Positions 37,833-48,004 of a DNA stretch of 64,000 nt are shown piece after piece. Where the stretch lies: NCBI GenBank assembly GCA_043757405.1, contig JAYVPI010000011.1:49297-113296 (forward strand). The letters are read 5' to 3'. The DNA comes from Alphaproteobacteria bacterium (lineage in GTDB: Bacteria; Pseudomonadota; Alphaproteobacteria; Rickettsiales; 21-14-0-20-44-7). Made by a program: the position numbers and the translations under genes. The notes beneath the pieces are model-generated. The model ran no database searches, was not told where the DNA came from, and was given only the letters and a program-made list of their open reading frames with translations. Position 1 is the first letter of the stretch; every line of letters begins with the position of its first letter.

Positions 37833-38441
37833 TTATGACACTCCCTTGCCGGTTTCGACTTTGACAATTTCCAGCGTATCGCGGCGTTTGCGGTTGACCT
37901 GGGTGTTGATTTTCTGCTTGCGCATACGCTCGCGTGGATAGAAGCAGAGGACGATGGCGCCGATCATCGCTACTAACAGGATCATTCCGGAAATTTGGAA
38001 GGCGAAAGCGTAATCAGTATAAATTACTTGGCCGAGCGCGGCTGTATTGGTGACGCCGGTTTTGATTGGTTGCGACAGGCGAAACGGCATGGCGGCGACT
38101 TTGTCCATTTGTGTGAAAAGAATCACCATTTGTGTCAGCAAAAAAGTAGCGATGACAAATCCGGCATGCGAATATTTCGTCAACCCGCGGCGGAAAGTTT
38201 CTACTTCGACATTGAGCATCATCACCACGAATAGGAATAGAACGGCAACCGCGCCGACATAAACGATTATCAGTAACATGGCCAGGAACTCGGCGCCAAG
38301 CATGATGAAGAGTGCGGCAGCGTTGAAAAAAGCGAGGATCAGGAATAGTACCGAATGTACGGGGTTGCGTAACGTTACTACCATCAGCGCGGAGCTGACG
38401 AGGATGAAACCGAAAGCATAAAACATGATAGCGGCAATCAT
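37833..38441 (-). CDS. nuoJ: NADH-quinone oxidoreductase subunit J
   Basis: 202 aa. NPVHSVLFLILAFFNAAALFIMLGAEFLAMLLIIVYVGAVAVLFLFVVMM is the NuoJ signature. Confidence 0.93.
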   Translation of the reverse strand: MIAAIMFYAFGFILVSSALMVVTLRNPVHSVLFLILAFFNAAALFIMLGAEFLAMLLIIVYVGAVAVLFLFVVMMLNVEVETFRRGLTKYSHAGFVIATFLLTQMVILFTQMDKVAAMPFRLSQPIKTGVTNTAALGQVIYTDYAFAFQISGMILLVAMIGAIVLCFYPRERMRKQKINTQVNRKRRDTLEIVKVETGKGVS

Positions 38442-38448
38442 ATTTTAC

Positions 38449-38461
38449 CACCTCCCAAATT
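38449..38461 (-). promoter_or_regulatory. Conserved SD-bearing 13-mer adjoining the type B element, upstream of nuoJ
   Basis: The plus strand reads cacctcccaaatt, identical to 37719-37731. Confidence 0.6.
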
Positions 38462-38462
38462 T

Positions 38463-38537
38463 GTCATTGCGAGCCCGCGCAAAGCAATCCAGCGCGGAGT
38501 TTGCAATCCTGGATTGCCGCGCTTCGCTCGCAATGAC
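38463..38537. repeat. Palindromic element, type B
   Basis: gtcattgcgagc...gcaatccagcg...cctggattgc...ctcgcaatgac. Fills the nuoI-nuoJ junction. Confidence 0.85.
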
Positions 38538-38556
38538 GGGGCTTTGTGATTGGCGA

Positions 38557-39042
38557 TCATCTGAACTTTGCCCTCTCGATCAAGTTGGCGGCGATTTCCT
38601 TTTCCCAGCGGTCACCATTGGAAAGTAGCTTGTCCTTGTCATAGAACAATTCCTCGCGCGTATAAGTCGCAAACTCAAAATTCGGCCCCTCGACAATCGC
38701 ATCAACCGGGCAGGCTTCCTCGCAATAACCGCAATAGATGCATTTGGTCATGTCGATATCATATTTCGTGGTGCGCCGCGAACCATCCTCGCGTACATCC
38801 GCCTCAATCGTAATCGCCTGCGCCGGACAAATCGCCTCGCAAAGCTTACAGGCAATGCACCGCTCTTCACCGTTAGGATAACGCCGCAGCACATGCTCAC
38901 CACGGAAACGCGGGGAAAGCGGGCCTTTTTCGTATGGGTAGTTCAGAGTTACCGAGGGCTGGAAAAAGAAATATTTCAGCGTTTTGCAGAATCCGGCAAC
39001 GATTTCCAAAAGTAGCAGCGATGTGATTTTGAATCTATTCAC
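38557..39042 (-). CDS. nuoI: NADH-quinone oxidoreductase subunit I
   Basis: 161 aa with two 4Fe-4S ferredoxin motifs ([24 protein letters not shown]). Confidence 0.95.
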   Translation of the reverse strand: MNRFKITSLLLLEIVAGFCKTLKYFFFQPSVTLNYPYEKGPLSPRFRGEHVLRRYPNGEERCIACKLCEAICPAQAITIEADVREDGSRRTTKYDIDMTKCIYCGYCEEACPVDAIVEGPNFEFATYTREELFYDKDKLLSNGDRWEKEIAANLIERAKFR

Positions 39043-40288
39043 TTGGCGGATTAGCTCCTAATATTGCTTCTACGATAGAATCGTTATTCTGATATTTTTT
39101 TACCATAGCATCAACTTCATTCAAACTATGGCAATATTTATAAACCTGTTCCCTTTGGTCCTTATCACTGTCCTTTGCTCGATTTGTATCATTACGAGGA
39201 TCAATATAATTCCGGCAATTGTTTAAATCATCGATAAAGATAGAAACCTCTTTTGGGTATTGAGTAGTTTTTTCGGTACTATCCGGCAACCAGCCAAAAT
39301 AAACCAGAACCCCAGCCACCGCAACCACACCGAGCAGCGACAGTGGCAAAAACACCTTCCAACCCAATCGCATCAACTGGTCATAGCGGTAGCGCGGCAA
39401 AGTGGCGCGGGCCCAGATGAAGATGAAGAGGCAGGCGACAATCTTTAGCGCGAACCAGATTGGGCCGGGGATGAAGGAGAGGCTCGCCATTGGGGGCAGC
39501 CAGCCGCCGAGGAATAATATCGTGGCATTGGCGCTCATCAGGATCATGTTCATATATTCGCCGAGGAAAAACATGGCGAAAATCATCGAGGAATATTCGA
39601 CATTGTAACCGGAAACCAGCTCGGCTTCGGCTTCCGGGAGGTCAAATGGGTGGCGGTTGGTTTCGGCGAGGATCGAGATAAAAAAGATGACGAACATCGG
39701 GAAAAGCGGGATGATATACCACATGCCTTTCTGCGCGTTGACTATTGCGGAAAGGTTCAACGACCCCGCGCAAAGCAAAACGGTGATGATGACCAGTCCA
39801 ATCGAAACCTCATAAGAAACCATCTGCGCCGCCGAGCGGATGGCGCCGAGGAACGGGTATTTGGAGTTGGAAGCCCAGCCGGCGATGATGATGCCGTAAA
39901 CCCCAAGCGACGAAATCGCCAGCAAATACAACACGCCGACATTGATATCGGCCAGCACCAGCCCCGCCCCAAACGGAATCACCGCCCAGCCAGCCATCGC
40001 CAGCGTAAACGTAATCACCGGCGCTAACACAAACAGCACCTTGTTGGATTCGGTGGGCAAAATCAACTCCTTAGACATCAACTTCACCCCATCCGCAAAC
40101 GGCTGCAACAGGCCGAACGGCCCAACGACATTAGGGCCTTTCCGCATCTGCATCGCGGCAATGACCTTACGCTCCATCAGCGTCAGGTAAGCCATGGCAA
40201 TGATCAGCGGCAAAATAATCAGCACAATCCGCCCAAGGATTTTCAGGAGAGGGTAGAGGTATTCATTGTATGCAGCAGCCCAATCCAT
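39035..40288 (-). CDS. nuoH: NADH-quinone oxidoreductase subunit H with a ~75-aa hydrophilic C-terminal extension
   Basis: 417 aa. The canonical NuoH sequence runs to ...VLVYFGWLP. It is followed by [13 protein letters not shown]...ILGANPPSE, which has no TM segments. Confidence 0.9.
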   Translation of the reverse strand: MDWAAAYNEYLYPLLKILGRIVLIILPLIIAMAYLTLMERKVIAAMQMRKGPNVVGPFGLLQPFADGVKLMSKELILPTESNKVLFVLAPVITFTLAMAGWAVIPFGAGLVLADINVGVLYLLAISSLGVYGIIIAGWASNSKYPFLGAIRSAAQMVSYEVSIGLVIITVLLCAGSLNLSAIVNAQKGMWYIIPLFPMFVIFFISILAETNRHPFDLPEAEAELVSGYNVEYSSMIFAMFFLGEYMNMILMSANATILFLGGWLPPMASLSFIPGPIWFALKIVACLFIFIWARATLPRYRYDQLMRLGWKVFLPLSLLGVVAVAGVLVYFGWLPDSTEKTTQYPKEVSIFIDDLNNCRNYIDPRNDTNRAKDSDKDQREQVYKYCHSLNEVDAMVKKYQNNDSIVEAILGANPPSE

Positions 40289-40641
40289 TATTTGGCCTCC
40301 GTCATAGCGCTAGGATTCTCAAAATAATTATAAATTGAAATAGAATTCAAAATTATATTCTGAATAAGGAAAAAAACTCCTAAAATAATTAAAAATATAA
40401 GAATAATTTTATCTCTAGGCGTAACTGGTACTTCCTCATTTACTTTGTCGTTTTTATATAATTTACCTTTTTTTAGAAGATTTAAATAATACATATTAGC
40501 TAGTCCAGCAAAGGCTAAAGCGGTCATACCAAATGTATCATGTTTAATTTTATAATAGATTAGTACAGTTTGAAGAATGTACATAAAAATAAGCATTGTC
40601 GCATAAATATAAGCATACAATTTATAATACCGTTCGCTCAC
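40288..40641 (-). CDS. Small membrane protein embedded between nuoG and nuoH
   Basis: 117 aa, GTG start preceded by GAGGAGG, 3-4 hydrophobic segments, very AT-rich. The stop overlaps the nuoH start. Confidence 0.5.
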   Translation of the reverse strand: MSERYYKLYAYIYATMLIFMYILQTVLIYYKIKHDTFGMTALAFAGLANMYYLNLLKKGKLYKNDKVNEEVPVTPRDKIILIFLIILGVFFLIQNIILNSISIYNYFENPSAMTEAK

Positions 40642-40661
40642 ACAACCTCCTCAAGGAAACC

Positions 40662-40738
40662 GTCATTCCCGCGAAGGCGGGAATCTAGGGCTTGTGAGAT
40701 CGCGACCCTGGATCCTCGGGTCAAGCCCGAGGATGACA
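40662..40738. repeat. Palindromic element (variant left module gtcattcccgcgaaggcgggaatc, type A right module)
   Basis: Read directly from the sequence. It ends ggatcctcgggtcaagcccgaggatgaca. Confidence 0.8.
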
Positions 40739-40740
40739 CT

Positions 40741-40768
40741 GAACTCTGAACTCTGAACTCTGAACTCT
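40741..40768. repeat. Perfect heptamer tandem array (gaactct)x4
   Basis: Four exact 7-nt units lie immediately after the nuoG stop codon. Confidence 0.9.
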
Positions 40769-40771
40769 GAA

Positions 40772-42793
40772 TCACGCCTCCTCCTTACCCGTCGAAGCAA
40801 CCATCTCCATACACTGCGCCATCGTGCGCGAGTTGCGGGAGATTGGGTCGGTCATGTAGAAGTTTTGGATTGGGTAGGTGAAAGGTTGATTGCCGATTGC
40901 CGATTGCCGAATTGAGGCGCCCCAGCTCCATTTGGCTGGAGTAATAACGTCTAATTTTGCAAAATGGGGGGCTTCTTTGAATAATTCGGTGCGCAATTCT
41001 TCCAATGTATTGAAGGGGAGAGTTTTGCCCGCAATTTCAGAAAGGGCGCGGATGATTTTCCAATCTTCTCGAGCCTCGCCCGGCGGGAAGGCGGCTTGTT
41101 TGGTGTGTTGCACGCGGCCTTCGAGGTTTAAATAAATTCCGTCCTTTTCGGTATACGCCACGCCCGGCAGCACAACATCGGCGGCATGCGCACCTTTGTC
41201 GCCGTGATGGCCCTGGTAGATGATGAATGCGCTTTTGTATTTGCTCAAATCGGTTTCGTCGGCGCTGAGGAGGTAGAGTAATTTATGATTGCCGATTGCC
41301 GATTGCCGATTGGAAGTGAAGCCCAGATCCAAACCGGCAACGCGCGAGGCGGCGGTGTGGAGGATGTTGAAACCGTTCCAGTTTTCGGTGTCTTGGATCA
41401 GGTTATATTTTTCGGCGATTAATTTCGCGCTGGATAGAATCGCGGCGCTATCCGGGCGGGTGAGGGCGGCATTGCCGATTATCAGCATCGGTTTTTTGGC
41501 ACCGGCGAAAAACTTTTTCACGGCATCGCTGGTGATTAATTCCGGGGATTCGCCCAAGTGTTGGTATTTATAATTAAGGTCTGTTTCCTCACCGATATTG
41601 GCAATTTTCAAACCACCGCGCAGGAAAGTTTTGCGGATGCGGTGGTTGACCAGCGGCGCTTCCCAACGCGGGTTGGTGCCGATTAATAACAATGCATCAG
41701 CTTGTTCGATTCCGGCAATTGTGGTGTTGAATAAATATGCGCCGCGATTGCCGGTGTCGAGATGCGCTTCATCCTGGCGGCATTCGAGGTTTTCGCATTT
41801 CAAGCTGTTGAATAATTTTTTCGCTGCGAACATGGTTTCCGCATCCACCTGGTCACCGGCAATCACCGCCATTTCCTCACCTTTCAACTTCGACATTTTC
41901 TTGGCGATCGCATTGAACGCCTCATCCCAGTTCACAGGTTGCAGTTTACCGTTCACCCGTAAATAAGGCCGGTCGAGGCGCTGTACTTTTAAACCGTCAC
42001 AAGCGTGGCGGGTTTTGTCGGAAATCCATTCCTCGTTAATGTCATCATGGTTGCGCGGTAAAATCCGCATCACCTCATTGCCGCGCGTATCAATGCGGAT
42101 ATTGCTGCCGACCGCGTCCATTACATCAATACTTTCAGTTTTTTTCAACTCCCAGGGGCGGCCTTTGAATGCGTATGGTTTTGAGGTAAGTGCGCCAACC
42201 GGGCATAAATCAACTACGTTAGCTGATAATTCAGAGGTCAGGGATTTTTCCAGATATGAGGTGATTTCCATATGTTCGCCGCGGTTCAACGCGCCCATTT
42301 CTTCGATTCCGGCGACGTCGTCAGTAAAGCGGATACAGCGCGTGCAATGAATACAGCGCGTCATTTCGGTTTTCACCAATGGCCCCATATATTTTTCCGG
42401 CACGGCGCGTTTTGCCTCAGGATAACGCGATCCGGCACGGCCAAAATACATTGATTGGTCTTGCAAATCACATTCGCCGCCCTGGTCGCAAATCGGGCAA
42501 TCAAGCGGGTGGTTGATGAGGAGGAATTCCATCACGCCCTCACGCGCTTTTTTCACCATCGGCGAATTGGTCTTCACCACCATCCCTTCCGCCACCGGCA
42601 GCGCGCAGGAAGCTTGCGGCTTCGGCGGCCCGGGCGAGACTTCCACCAGGCACATCCGGCAGTTGCCCGCAATGGCAAGCCGCTCATGATAACAAAACCG
42701 CGGAATTTCCACGCCGAGCTGCTCACAAGCTTGGATCAGCACAGTGCCTGCTTCGACTTCGATCTGTTTATCATCGATGGTAAGTTTGACCAT
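40772..42793 (-). CDS. nuoG: NADH-quinone oxidoreductase subunit G
   Basis: 673 aa. N-terminal 2Fe-2S and 4Fe-4S Cys clusters (CYHERLAIAGNCRMC, CPICDQGGEC, CIHCTRC) and a molybdopterin-like domain. Contains two in-frame heptamer arrays. Confidence 0.95.
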   Translation of the reverse strand: MVKLTIDDKQIEVEAGTVLIQACEQLGVEIPRFCYHERLAIAGNCRMCLVEVSPGPPKPQASCALPVAEGMVVKTNSPMVKKAREGVMEFLLINHPLDCPICDQGGECDLQDQSMYFGRAGSRYPEAKRAVPEKYMGPLVKTEMTRCIHCTRCIRFTDDVAGIEEMGALNRGEHMEITSYLEKSLTSELSANVVDLCPVGALTSKPYAFKGRPWELKKTESIDVMDAVGSNIRIDTRGNEVMRILPRNHDDINEEWISDKTRHACDGLKVQRLDRPYLRVNGKLQPVNWDEAFNAIAKKMSKLKGEEMAVIAGDQVDAETMFAAKKLFNSLKCENLECRQDEAHLDTGNRGAYLFNTTIAGIEQADALLLIGTNPRWEAPLVNHRIRKTFLRGGLKIANIGEETDLNYKYQHLGESPELITSDAVKKFFAGAKKPMLIIGNAALTRPDSAAILSSAKLIAEKYNLIQDTENWNGFNILHTAASRVAGLDLGFTSNRQSAIGNHKLLYLLSADETDLSKYKSAFIIYQGHHGDKGAHAADVVLPGVAYTEKDGIYLNLEGRVQHTKQAAFPPGEAREDWKIIRALSEIAGKTLPFNTLEELRTELFKEAPHFAKLDVITPAKWSWGASIRQSAIGNQPFTYPIQNFYMTDPISRNSRTMAQCMEMVASTGKEEA
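40887..40910. repeat. Intragenic heptamer array (gattgcc)x3 in nuoG, copy 1
   Basis: tgattgccgattgccgattgccga is identical to 41286-41309 and encodes IRQSAIGNQ. Confidence 0.9.
41286..41309. repeat. Intragenic heptamer array (gattgcc)x3 in nuoG, copy 2
   Basis: The same 24-mer lies 399 nt (133 codons) from copy 1 and encodes NRQSAIGNH. Confidence 0.9.
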
Positions 42794-42851
42794 GCTAAGG
42801 TTTTAGCTGGAATTTAGGAATGTTCAAGTTTTGGATAAGTTTTTAAATAAC

Positions 42852-44192
42852 TTAAGCCGAAAAACTTTTTATTATGGTTTCCGTCACCTTTTCCACCTCA
42901 GCCTTGTCCTGTCCTTCCGCCATCACACGTATCAATGGCTCGGTGCCGGATTTGCGGATTAAAATTCTTCCGGTGCCGTTCAATTTCTTCTCTGCGGCAT
43001 CTATCGTTTTCTTGGCGTTAGCAATAATTTTGTCTGGATTTTGCCCAGTCTCATAGCGGAAGTTTTTCAGGATTTGGGGCAGGGGTTTGAAGGCTTGCGC
43101 AACCTGGCTCATTGGGTTTTCCGCACTTTTCAAAGCCGCCAAAACCTGTAATGCGGCAACTAAGCCATCACCGGTAGTATTATAATCACTCAAAATTATA
43201 TGCCCGCTCTGCTCACCGCCTAAATTGCATTTCTGCGCGCGCATTTCTTCGGCAACATAACGATCGCCGACCTGTGTGCGGTGGAGTGTTAGGCCGATGG
43301 ATTTTAGATAATGTTCCAGGCCCAGATTCGACATCACCGTGGAAACCACGCAGAGATTGCTCATTCTTCCTGCTTTGGTCATGTCTGAAGCAATAACTGC
43401 CAGTAACTGATCGCCATCAATCAATTTGCCTTTTTCATCGCACATCACCAAACGGTCAGCGTCGCCATCGAGTGCAATGCCAAGATCCGCGCCTTCCGCA
43501 ACAACTTTTTTCTGCATGGCATCAGGATAAGTTGAGCCGCATTTGTCGTTGATGTTGTAGCCATTCGGGCTGGCGTTGATGGTGATTACTTCTGCGCCCA
43601 GTTCGGTGAGGATTATTGGTGCAACATAATATGCCGCGCCATTGGCGCAATCGAGGACGATTTTCAAACCCTCCAGGTTCTTATTTTTGGGAATCGAATT
43701 TTTCACGAATTCTATATATCTTCCGCGGGCATTTTCTAAACGGCGTGCTTTGCCGAGATTGGCGGGTTCGACCAGTTTCGAGTTCAAATCCGAATCCATC
43801 AGGGTTTCAATTTCGTGCTCGATATCATCAGAAAGCTTCTGCCCGTCATTCTGGAAAATCTTGATCCCGTTATCCTGATATGGATTATGCGAAGCGGAAA
43901 TCATCACGCCCAAATCGGCGCGCATTGAATTGGTGAGCATCGAAATTGCCGGAGTCGGGAGTGGGCCGACGAGGATCACATCCATGCCCATACTGATGAA
44001 ACCGGCGGTGAGCGCAGGTTCGATCATATAGCCGGAAAGGCGGGTGTCTTTGCCGATGATCACCTTATGTTTGTGACCGCCGCGGGCGAAATAATGGCCG
44101 GCTGCCATGCCGAGTTTCAATGCCAATTCGGCCGTCAATTCGCTATTGGCAGTGCCGCGTATTCCATCAGTGCCAAAATATTTACGCGTCAT
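42852..44192 (-). CDS. glmM: Phosphoglucosamine mutase
   Basis: 446 aa. The active-site motif [13 protein letters not shown] and the FGTDGIRG N-terminus. Confidence 0.95.
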   Translation of the reverse strand: MTRKYFGTDGIRGTANSELTAELALKLGMAAGHYFARGGHKHKVIIGKDTRLSGYMIEPALTAGFISMGMDVILVGPLPTPAISMLTNSMRADLGVMISASHNPYQDNGIKIFQNDGQKLSDDIEHEIETLMDSDLNSKLVEPANLGKARRLENARGRYIEFVKNSIPKNKNLEGLKIVLDCANGAAYYVAPIILTELGAEVITINASPNGYNINDKCGSTYPDAMQKKVVAEGADLGIALDGDADRLVMCDEKGKLIDGDQLLAVIASDMTKAGRMSNLCVVSTVMSNLGLEHYLKSIGLTLHRTQVGDRYVAEEMRAQKCNLGGEQSGHIILSDYNTTGDGLVAALQVLAALKSAENPMSQVAQAFKPLPQILKNFRYETGQNPDKIIANAKKTIDAAEKKLNGTGRILIRKSGTEPLIRVMAEGQDKAEVEKVTETIIKSFSA

Positions 44193-44581
44193 TTTGGCCC
44201 CATTGCGTAATAAGCATCAAGCGAGCGTTGCTGGGCGACATAGGTTTTGAAAAATTCCCGCATTGGGTGGCCTTCAGGCATGACGTGGAATTCTCCGGCG
44301 ACATTATCTTGCACCCAGAAAGCCGGCGGGCAGTTCTCAACTTTATGCATTTGGAAAGCTGCTAATTCCTGCTGCTGTCTCATATAATGGCGGTAAAAAT
44401 TCTTTATCAGGGAGTTTTCAGGATATGCGGCAAACCCGGCGCTGACCTCCGGCGCGGTTACAATTGGAGCAGGGCAGATCGCATTAGGATTGTGGCTATA
44501 GCTAACGCCGCTGCCGGTATGGCCAGTGCCGCTACACGCCGCCAAAAGCAAAAGGCTAAGAGCTAAAAGCCGGTTTCTCAT
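44189..44581 (-). CDS. Lipoprotein of unknown function
   Basis: The ATG at 44581 gives [18 protein letters not shown], a signal peptide with an LAAC lipobox. The track start at 44641 would overlap the RidA gene. Confidence 0.6.
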   Translation of the reverse strand: MRNRLLALSLLLLAACSGTGHTGSGVSYSHNPNAICPAPIVTAPEVSAGFAAYPENSLIKNFYRHYMRQQQELAAFQMHKVENCPPAFWVQDNVAGEFHVMPEGHPMREFFKTYVAQQRSLDAYYAMGPK

Positions 44582-45015
44582 TATTGAACCTCGAAAATGC
44601 CGTCCACTTCTACTGCAACACCTAGTGGCAGCGAGTTGCATGATACCGCGGCACGCGCGTGTTTGCCGATGACTTCTGCGATCAGGTCGGAAGCGCCGTT
44701 GGCGACATGCGGCTGGGCAATATAATCATCTTTGGAATTTACAAAAACACCGAGTTTGATGCAGGATTTAACTTTGCTAAAATCACCACCACAGGCGAGT
44801 TTCAGCTGCGATAATAACGAAATTGTCGATTCCTTGGCGGCGGCGTAGCCATGTTCAGTATCAATATCAACGCCGAGTTTACCTTTGATTTGGCTGATCT
44901 GGCCGGAGATAAAAATCAGGTTGCCGCTGCGGGTGAATGAAGCATAATTCGCCACCGGCGCCACTGCTTGTGGTAGTTCAATCCCGAGTGTTTTTAACTT
45001 AGCTTCTATACTCAT
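44581..45015 (-). CDS. RidA/YjgF family protein
   Basis: 144 aa with a YjgF/L-PSP-like C-terminus (ARAAVSCNSLPLGVAVEVDGIFEV). Confidence 0.75.
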   Translation of the reverse strand: MSIEAKLKTLGIELPQAVAPVANYASFTRSGNLIFISGQISQIKGKLGVDIDTEHGYAAAKESTISLLSQLKLACGGDFSKVKSCIKLGVFVNSKDDYIAQPHVANGASDLIAEVIGKHARAAVSCNSLPLGVAVEVDGIFEVQ

Positions 45016-45030
45016 TTACTTCCTCTCAAA

Positions 45031-45102
45031 TGTCACCCCGCACTTGTTGCGGAGTCTGGCGTTTACAAGAACCTCCAGACTCCGTCATCCGGCGGGCGAC
45101 GG
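45031..45102. repeat. Palindromic element, type C (tgtcaccccgcacttgttgcggRgtctgg...)
   Basis: Its left module is the reverse complement of the right end of 62718-62801 (28/29). It has an internal ggagtctgg/ccagactcc stem. Confidence 0.75.
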
Positions 45103-45108
45103 TTTTGT

Positions 45109-47049
45109 TTATGTTGACGGCCTATCTTCTTTCGGTTTGATCTCTTTTTTGATTCCGGCTTCCGGCAAACCAGATTTACGTGTCGGCGCACCTTCAATGG
45201 AAGCAAATTCCTTCACCGTCGGCTTGGCAAGTTTTTTGCCTTCCAGCAATTCTTTGATTTCGTCACCTGACAGCGTTTCATATTCCAGCAATGCCTGCGC
45301 CACAATTTCCAATTCGTTGCGGAACTTGGTCAAAAGACTGCGCGCAAGCTCATAACCTTCGTGAATAATACGCTTGATTTCAGAATCGATAACCTGCTTC
45401 GTTTCCGGGGAAACCTTGTCTTTCATGTAATATTCTTCCTCATCAGAAGCATAATTTATCGGCCCCAGTTTCGGGCTCATGCCCCAGCGCATCACCATGC
45501 TTTCCGCAATATGCGTCGCCTGGCTGATGTCGGATGAAGCGCCGCTGGTGACTTTAGACGGCCCGAAAACCAATTCCTCCGCTACACGCCCGCCCATGGA
45601 AACCGCGAGATCCGCTTCCAGTTTTTCGACTGTGACCGAGAGTTTATCATTTTCCGGCAAACGCATCACCATACCCAGCGCCCTTCCGCGCGGCATGATT
45701 GTGGCTTTGTGGATTGGGTCGGAGGCGGGAAGGTGGATACCGACAACAGCGTGGCCGGCTTCGTGATATGCGGTGAGTTTCTTTTCCTCATCCGGCATAA
45801 TCATTGAGCGGCGTTCAACACCCATCATAACTTTGTCGCGGGCTTCTTCCAACTCGCGCATCGTCACCAATTTCTTGTTACGCCGTGCCGCGAGCAACGC
45901 TGCTTCATTGGCAATATTGGCCAATTCCGCGCCGGAGAAGCCGGGAGTACCACGCGCAATTGTGCGGGGTTCAACATCTGGGGCGATCGGGATATTTTTC
46001 AAATGCACGTTCAAAATTGCTTCGCGTCCGGCGATATCTGGTAATGATACCGTCACCTGGCGATCAAACCGGCCCGGGCGCAACAGGGCAGGATCGAGAA
46101 CATCAGGGCGGTTGGTGGCGGCGATAATGATAACGCCTTCATTAGCGTCAAATCCGTCCATTTCCACAAGCATTTGGTTGAGTGTTTGTTCGCGCTCCTC
46201 GTGGCTACCGCCAACGCCTGCGGAGCGTTTGCGTCCTACGGCGTCAATCTCGTCGATGAAGATAATACATGGCGCATTTTTCTTGCCTTGCTCAAACATA
46301 TCACGCACGCGGGAAGCGCCGACGCCGACGAACATTTCCACGAAGTCGGAACCGGAGATTGAAAAAAACGGAACGCCAGCTTCACCGGCAATTGCGCGGG
46401 CTAATAATGTTTTACCTGTACCCGGGGGGCCAACTAACAAAGCGCCGCGCGGGATGCGTGCCCCAAGTTTTTGGAATTTGCCCGGGTCTTTGAGGAAATC
46501 TACGATTTCGGAAAGCTCTTCCTTCGCTTCCTCGATTCCGGCGACGTCCTTGAATGTAATTTTCTTTTGGCTTTCACTCATCAATTTGGAACGCGAGCGG
46601 CCAAAGCTGAACGGTCCGCCGCCGCCGCTGCCGGATTTTCCGCCGCCTTGCATCTGGCGCATGAAATAAATCCACACACCGAACAACAAGATCAACGGCA
46701 GCAAATTGCTCACCAGCATCCAAATATTTGAGGAGGTGGAATCTTCCTTGCGGTAATCGAATTTGATTTTGTTTTCCTGTAGCGCATCCATCAGGTTTTG
46801 CCCGGCGAATGCGTTGGCGGAGAAGCCTTTGCCCCCTTTCATATGTCCGCGCAGGTGGAAACCACGCAACTCTGTGCCCTCAACGGTGATATCTTGAACT
46901 TGCTTGCTCCCGATCGCGTCAAGCACTACTGAATATTCAGTTTCCGGATAATCCCCGGCATTGTTGGCGTCCATAACATATTGGCTTATAACGAATACGC
47001 CAAAAATTATTAGCGCCCACAGGAATATATTTTTGCTGGTATTTTTCAT
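45109..47049 (-). CDS. ftsH: ATP-dependent zinc metalloprotease FtsH
   Basis: AAA Walker A GPPGTGKT, second region of homology, and the HEAGHA zinc site. The ATG at 47049 is preferred over the TTG at 47088, which overlaps tilS. Confidence 0.95.
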   Translation of the reverse strand: MKNTSKNIFLWALIIFGVFVISQYVMDANNAGDYPETEYSVVLDAIGSKQVQDITVEGTELRGFHLRGHMKGGKGFSANAFAGQNLMDALQENKIKFDYRKEDSTSSNIWMLVSNLLPLILLFGVWIYFMRQMQGGGKSGSGGGGPFSFGRSRSKLMSESQKKITFKDVAGIEEAKEELSEIVDFLKDPGKFQKLGARIPRGALLVGPPGTGKTLLARAIAGEAGVPFFSISGSDFVEMFVGVGASRVRDMFEQGKKNAPCIIFIDEIDAVGRKRSAGVGGSHEEREQTLNQMLVEMDGFDANEGVIIIAATNRPDVLDPALLRPGRFDRQVTVSLPDIAGREAILNVHLKNIPIAPDVEPRTIARGTPGFSGAELANIANEAALLAARRNKKLVTMRELEEARDKVMMGVERRSMIMPDEEKKLTAYHEAGHAVVGIHLPASDPIHKATIMPRGRALGMVMRLPENDKLSVTVEKLEADLAVSMGGRVAEELVFGPSKVTSGASSDISQATHIAESMVMRWGMSPKLGPINYASDEEEYYMKDKVSPETKQVIDSEIKRIIHEGYELARSLLTKFRNELEIVAQALLEYETLSGDEIKELLEGKKLAKPTVKEFASIEGAPTRKSGLPEAGIKKEIKPKEDRPST

Positions 47050-47068
47050 GATGTCTTTAAATATAGTG

Positions 47069-48004
47069 TCATTGCCCAGGTTTCTCAATGCTTATGATGA
47101 TTTCGCCCTGTTTTGGGCGGAAAATTAGCCCGTTCAAAGTCCTTGTTTTACCCATTAAAAGGTCATTTTTCAGCCGCTTAAGCTTCTCAAATCGCGGCTT
47201 TTTTTCACTTCCCGACACGCGCATAATTAATTGTGATAACACACGATAGGCGATTTCGTCATGTAATTGCCCTAGTTTTTTGATATCCAGACGGCTTGAG
47301 GAAACGCAAGTTTGATAGGCTTTGGCACTCTCTAATTCGATGAAATCCCGCACCCGCGCAAGATTCTCGGCGGCGTCGTTGATACGGCTGGTGATTAGCT
47401 CCGCATCTTCCAAGTTGCCTAATGCCTGCCGCAATTTGTTGCGTTTATATTTGCCGGTCTTATTGGTCGGATCCTCCACCCATTTGATTTTTTTGAGAAT
47501 TAAAGCCTTTTTCAATTCATCTTTTGAAAACCGCAAAACTGGGCGGATGATTTTGACTCCTTGCATTTCGTTGATTTCGGCAATCCCGGAAAGCCCGTCC
47601 AGACCGCTGCCACGGGAAAGGCGCAGGAGGAAAGTTTCGGCATTGTCCTCGGCGTGATGTGCCGTGGCCAGATATTTGATTTTATGGCGGCGGCAATAAT
47701 CTGTCATTAACCCGTAGCGAAGTTTGCGCGCTTCTTCTTGCAGGTTGGATTTTATTTTGTTCTTTTTTTTGAGAATTACATTTTCAATTCCCAGCCCATC
47801 AAGAATCTTCGCCGCTTTTTTTGCTTCTGCTGCGGATGCGGCGCGTAGGCCATGATCAACGATTAACGCTACTACTTCATGGGCTTGTGAGAGCAAATAA
47901 GCCAGCGCCATACTATCTGCCCCACCGGAACAGGCTATGGCGATTTTCCCTTGTATCTTATATTTGGAAAAAAACTCCGACGCCTGACGCCTGACGTCTA
48001 ACAT
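47069..48004 (-). CDS. tilS: tRNA(Ile)-lysidine synthetase
   Basis: 311 aa with the PP-loop CSGGADS. Lies in the conserved tilS-ftsH pair. Confidence 0.88.
   Translation of the reverse strand: MLDVRRQASEFFSKYKIQGKIAIACSGGADSMALAYLLSQAHEVVALIVDHGLRAASAAEAKKAAKILDGLGIENVILKKKNKIKSNLQEEARKLRYGLMTDYCRRHKIKYLATAHHAEDNAETFLLRLSRGSGLDGLSGIAEINEMQGVKIIRPVLRFSKDELKKALILKKIKWVEDPTNKTGKYKRNKLRQALGNLEDAELITSRINDAAENLARVRDFIELESAKAYQTCVSSSRLDIKKLGQLHDEIAYRVLSQLIMRVSGSEKKPRFEKLKRLKNDLLMGKTRTLNGLIFRPKQGEIIISIEKPGQ

Noticed and set aside
38014-38451. 145-aa alternative-frame ORF within nuoJ
   Set aside because: It lies on the same strand as nuoJ but out of frame, with an Arg/Cys/His-rich translation. nuoJ fully explains the region.
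45773-46669. 298-aa ORF antisense to ftsH, plus the neighbouring antisense ORFs at 45479-45766, 45885-46127, 46174-46362, 46269-46493 and 46471-46731
   Set aside because: They lie entirely inside the strongly supported ftsH CDS on the opposite strand. Their Ser/Pro/Arg-rich composition is typical of shadow ORFs.
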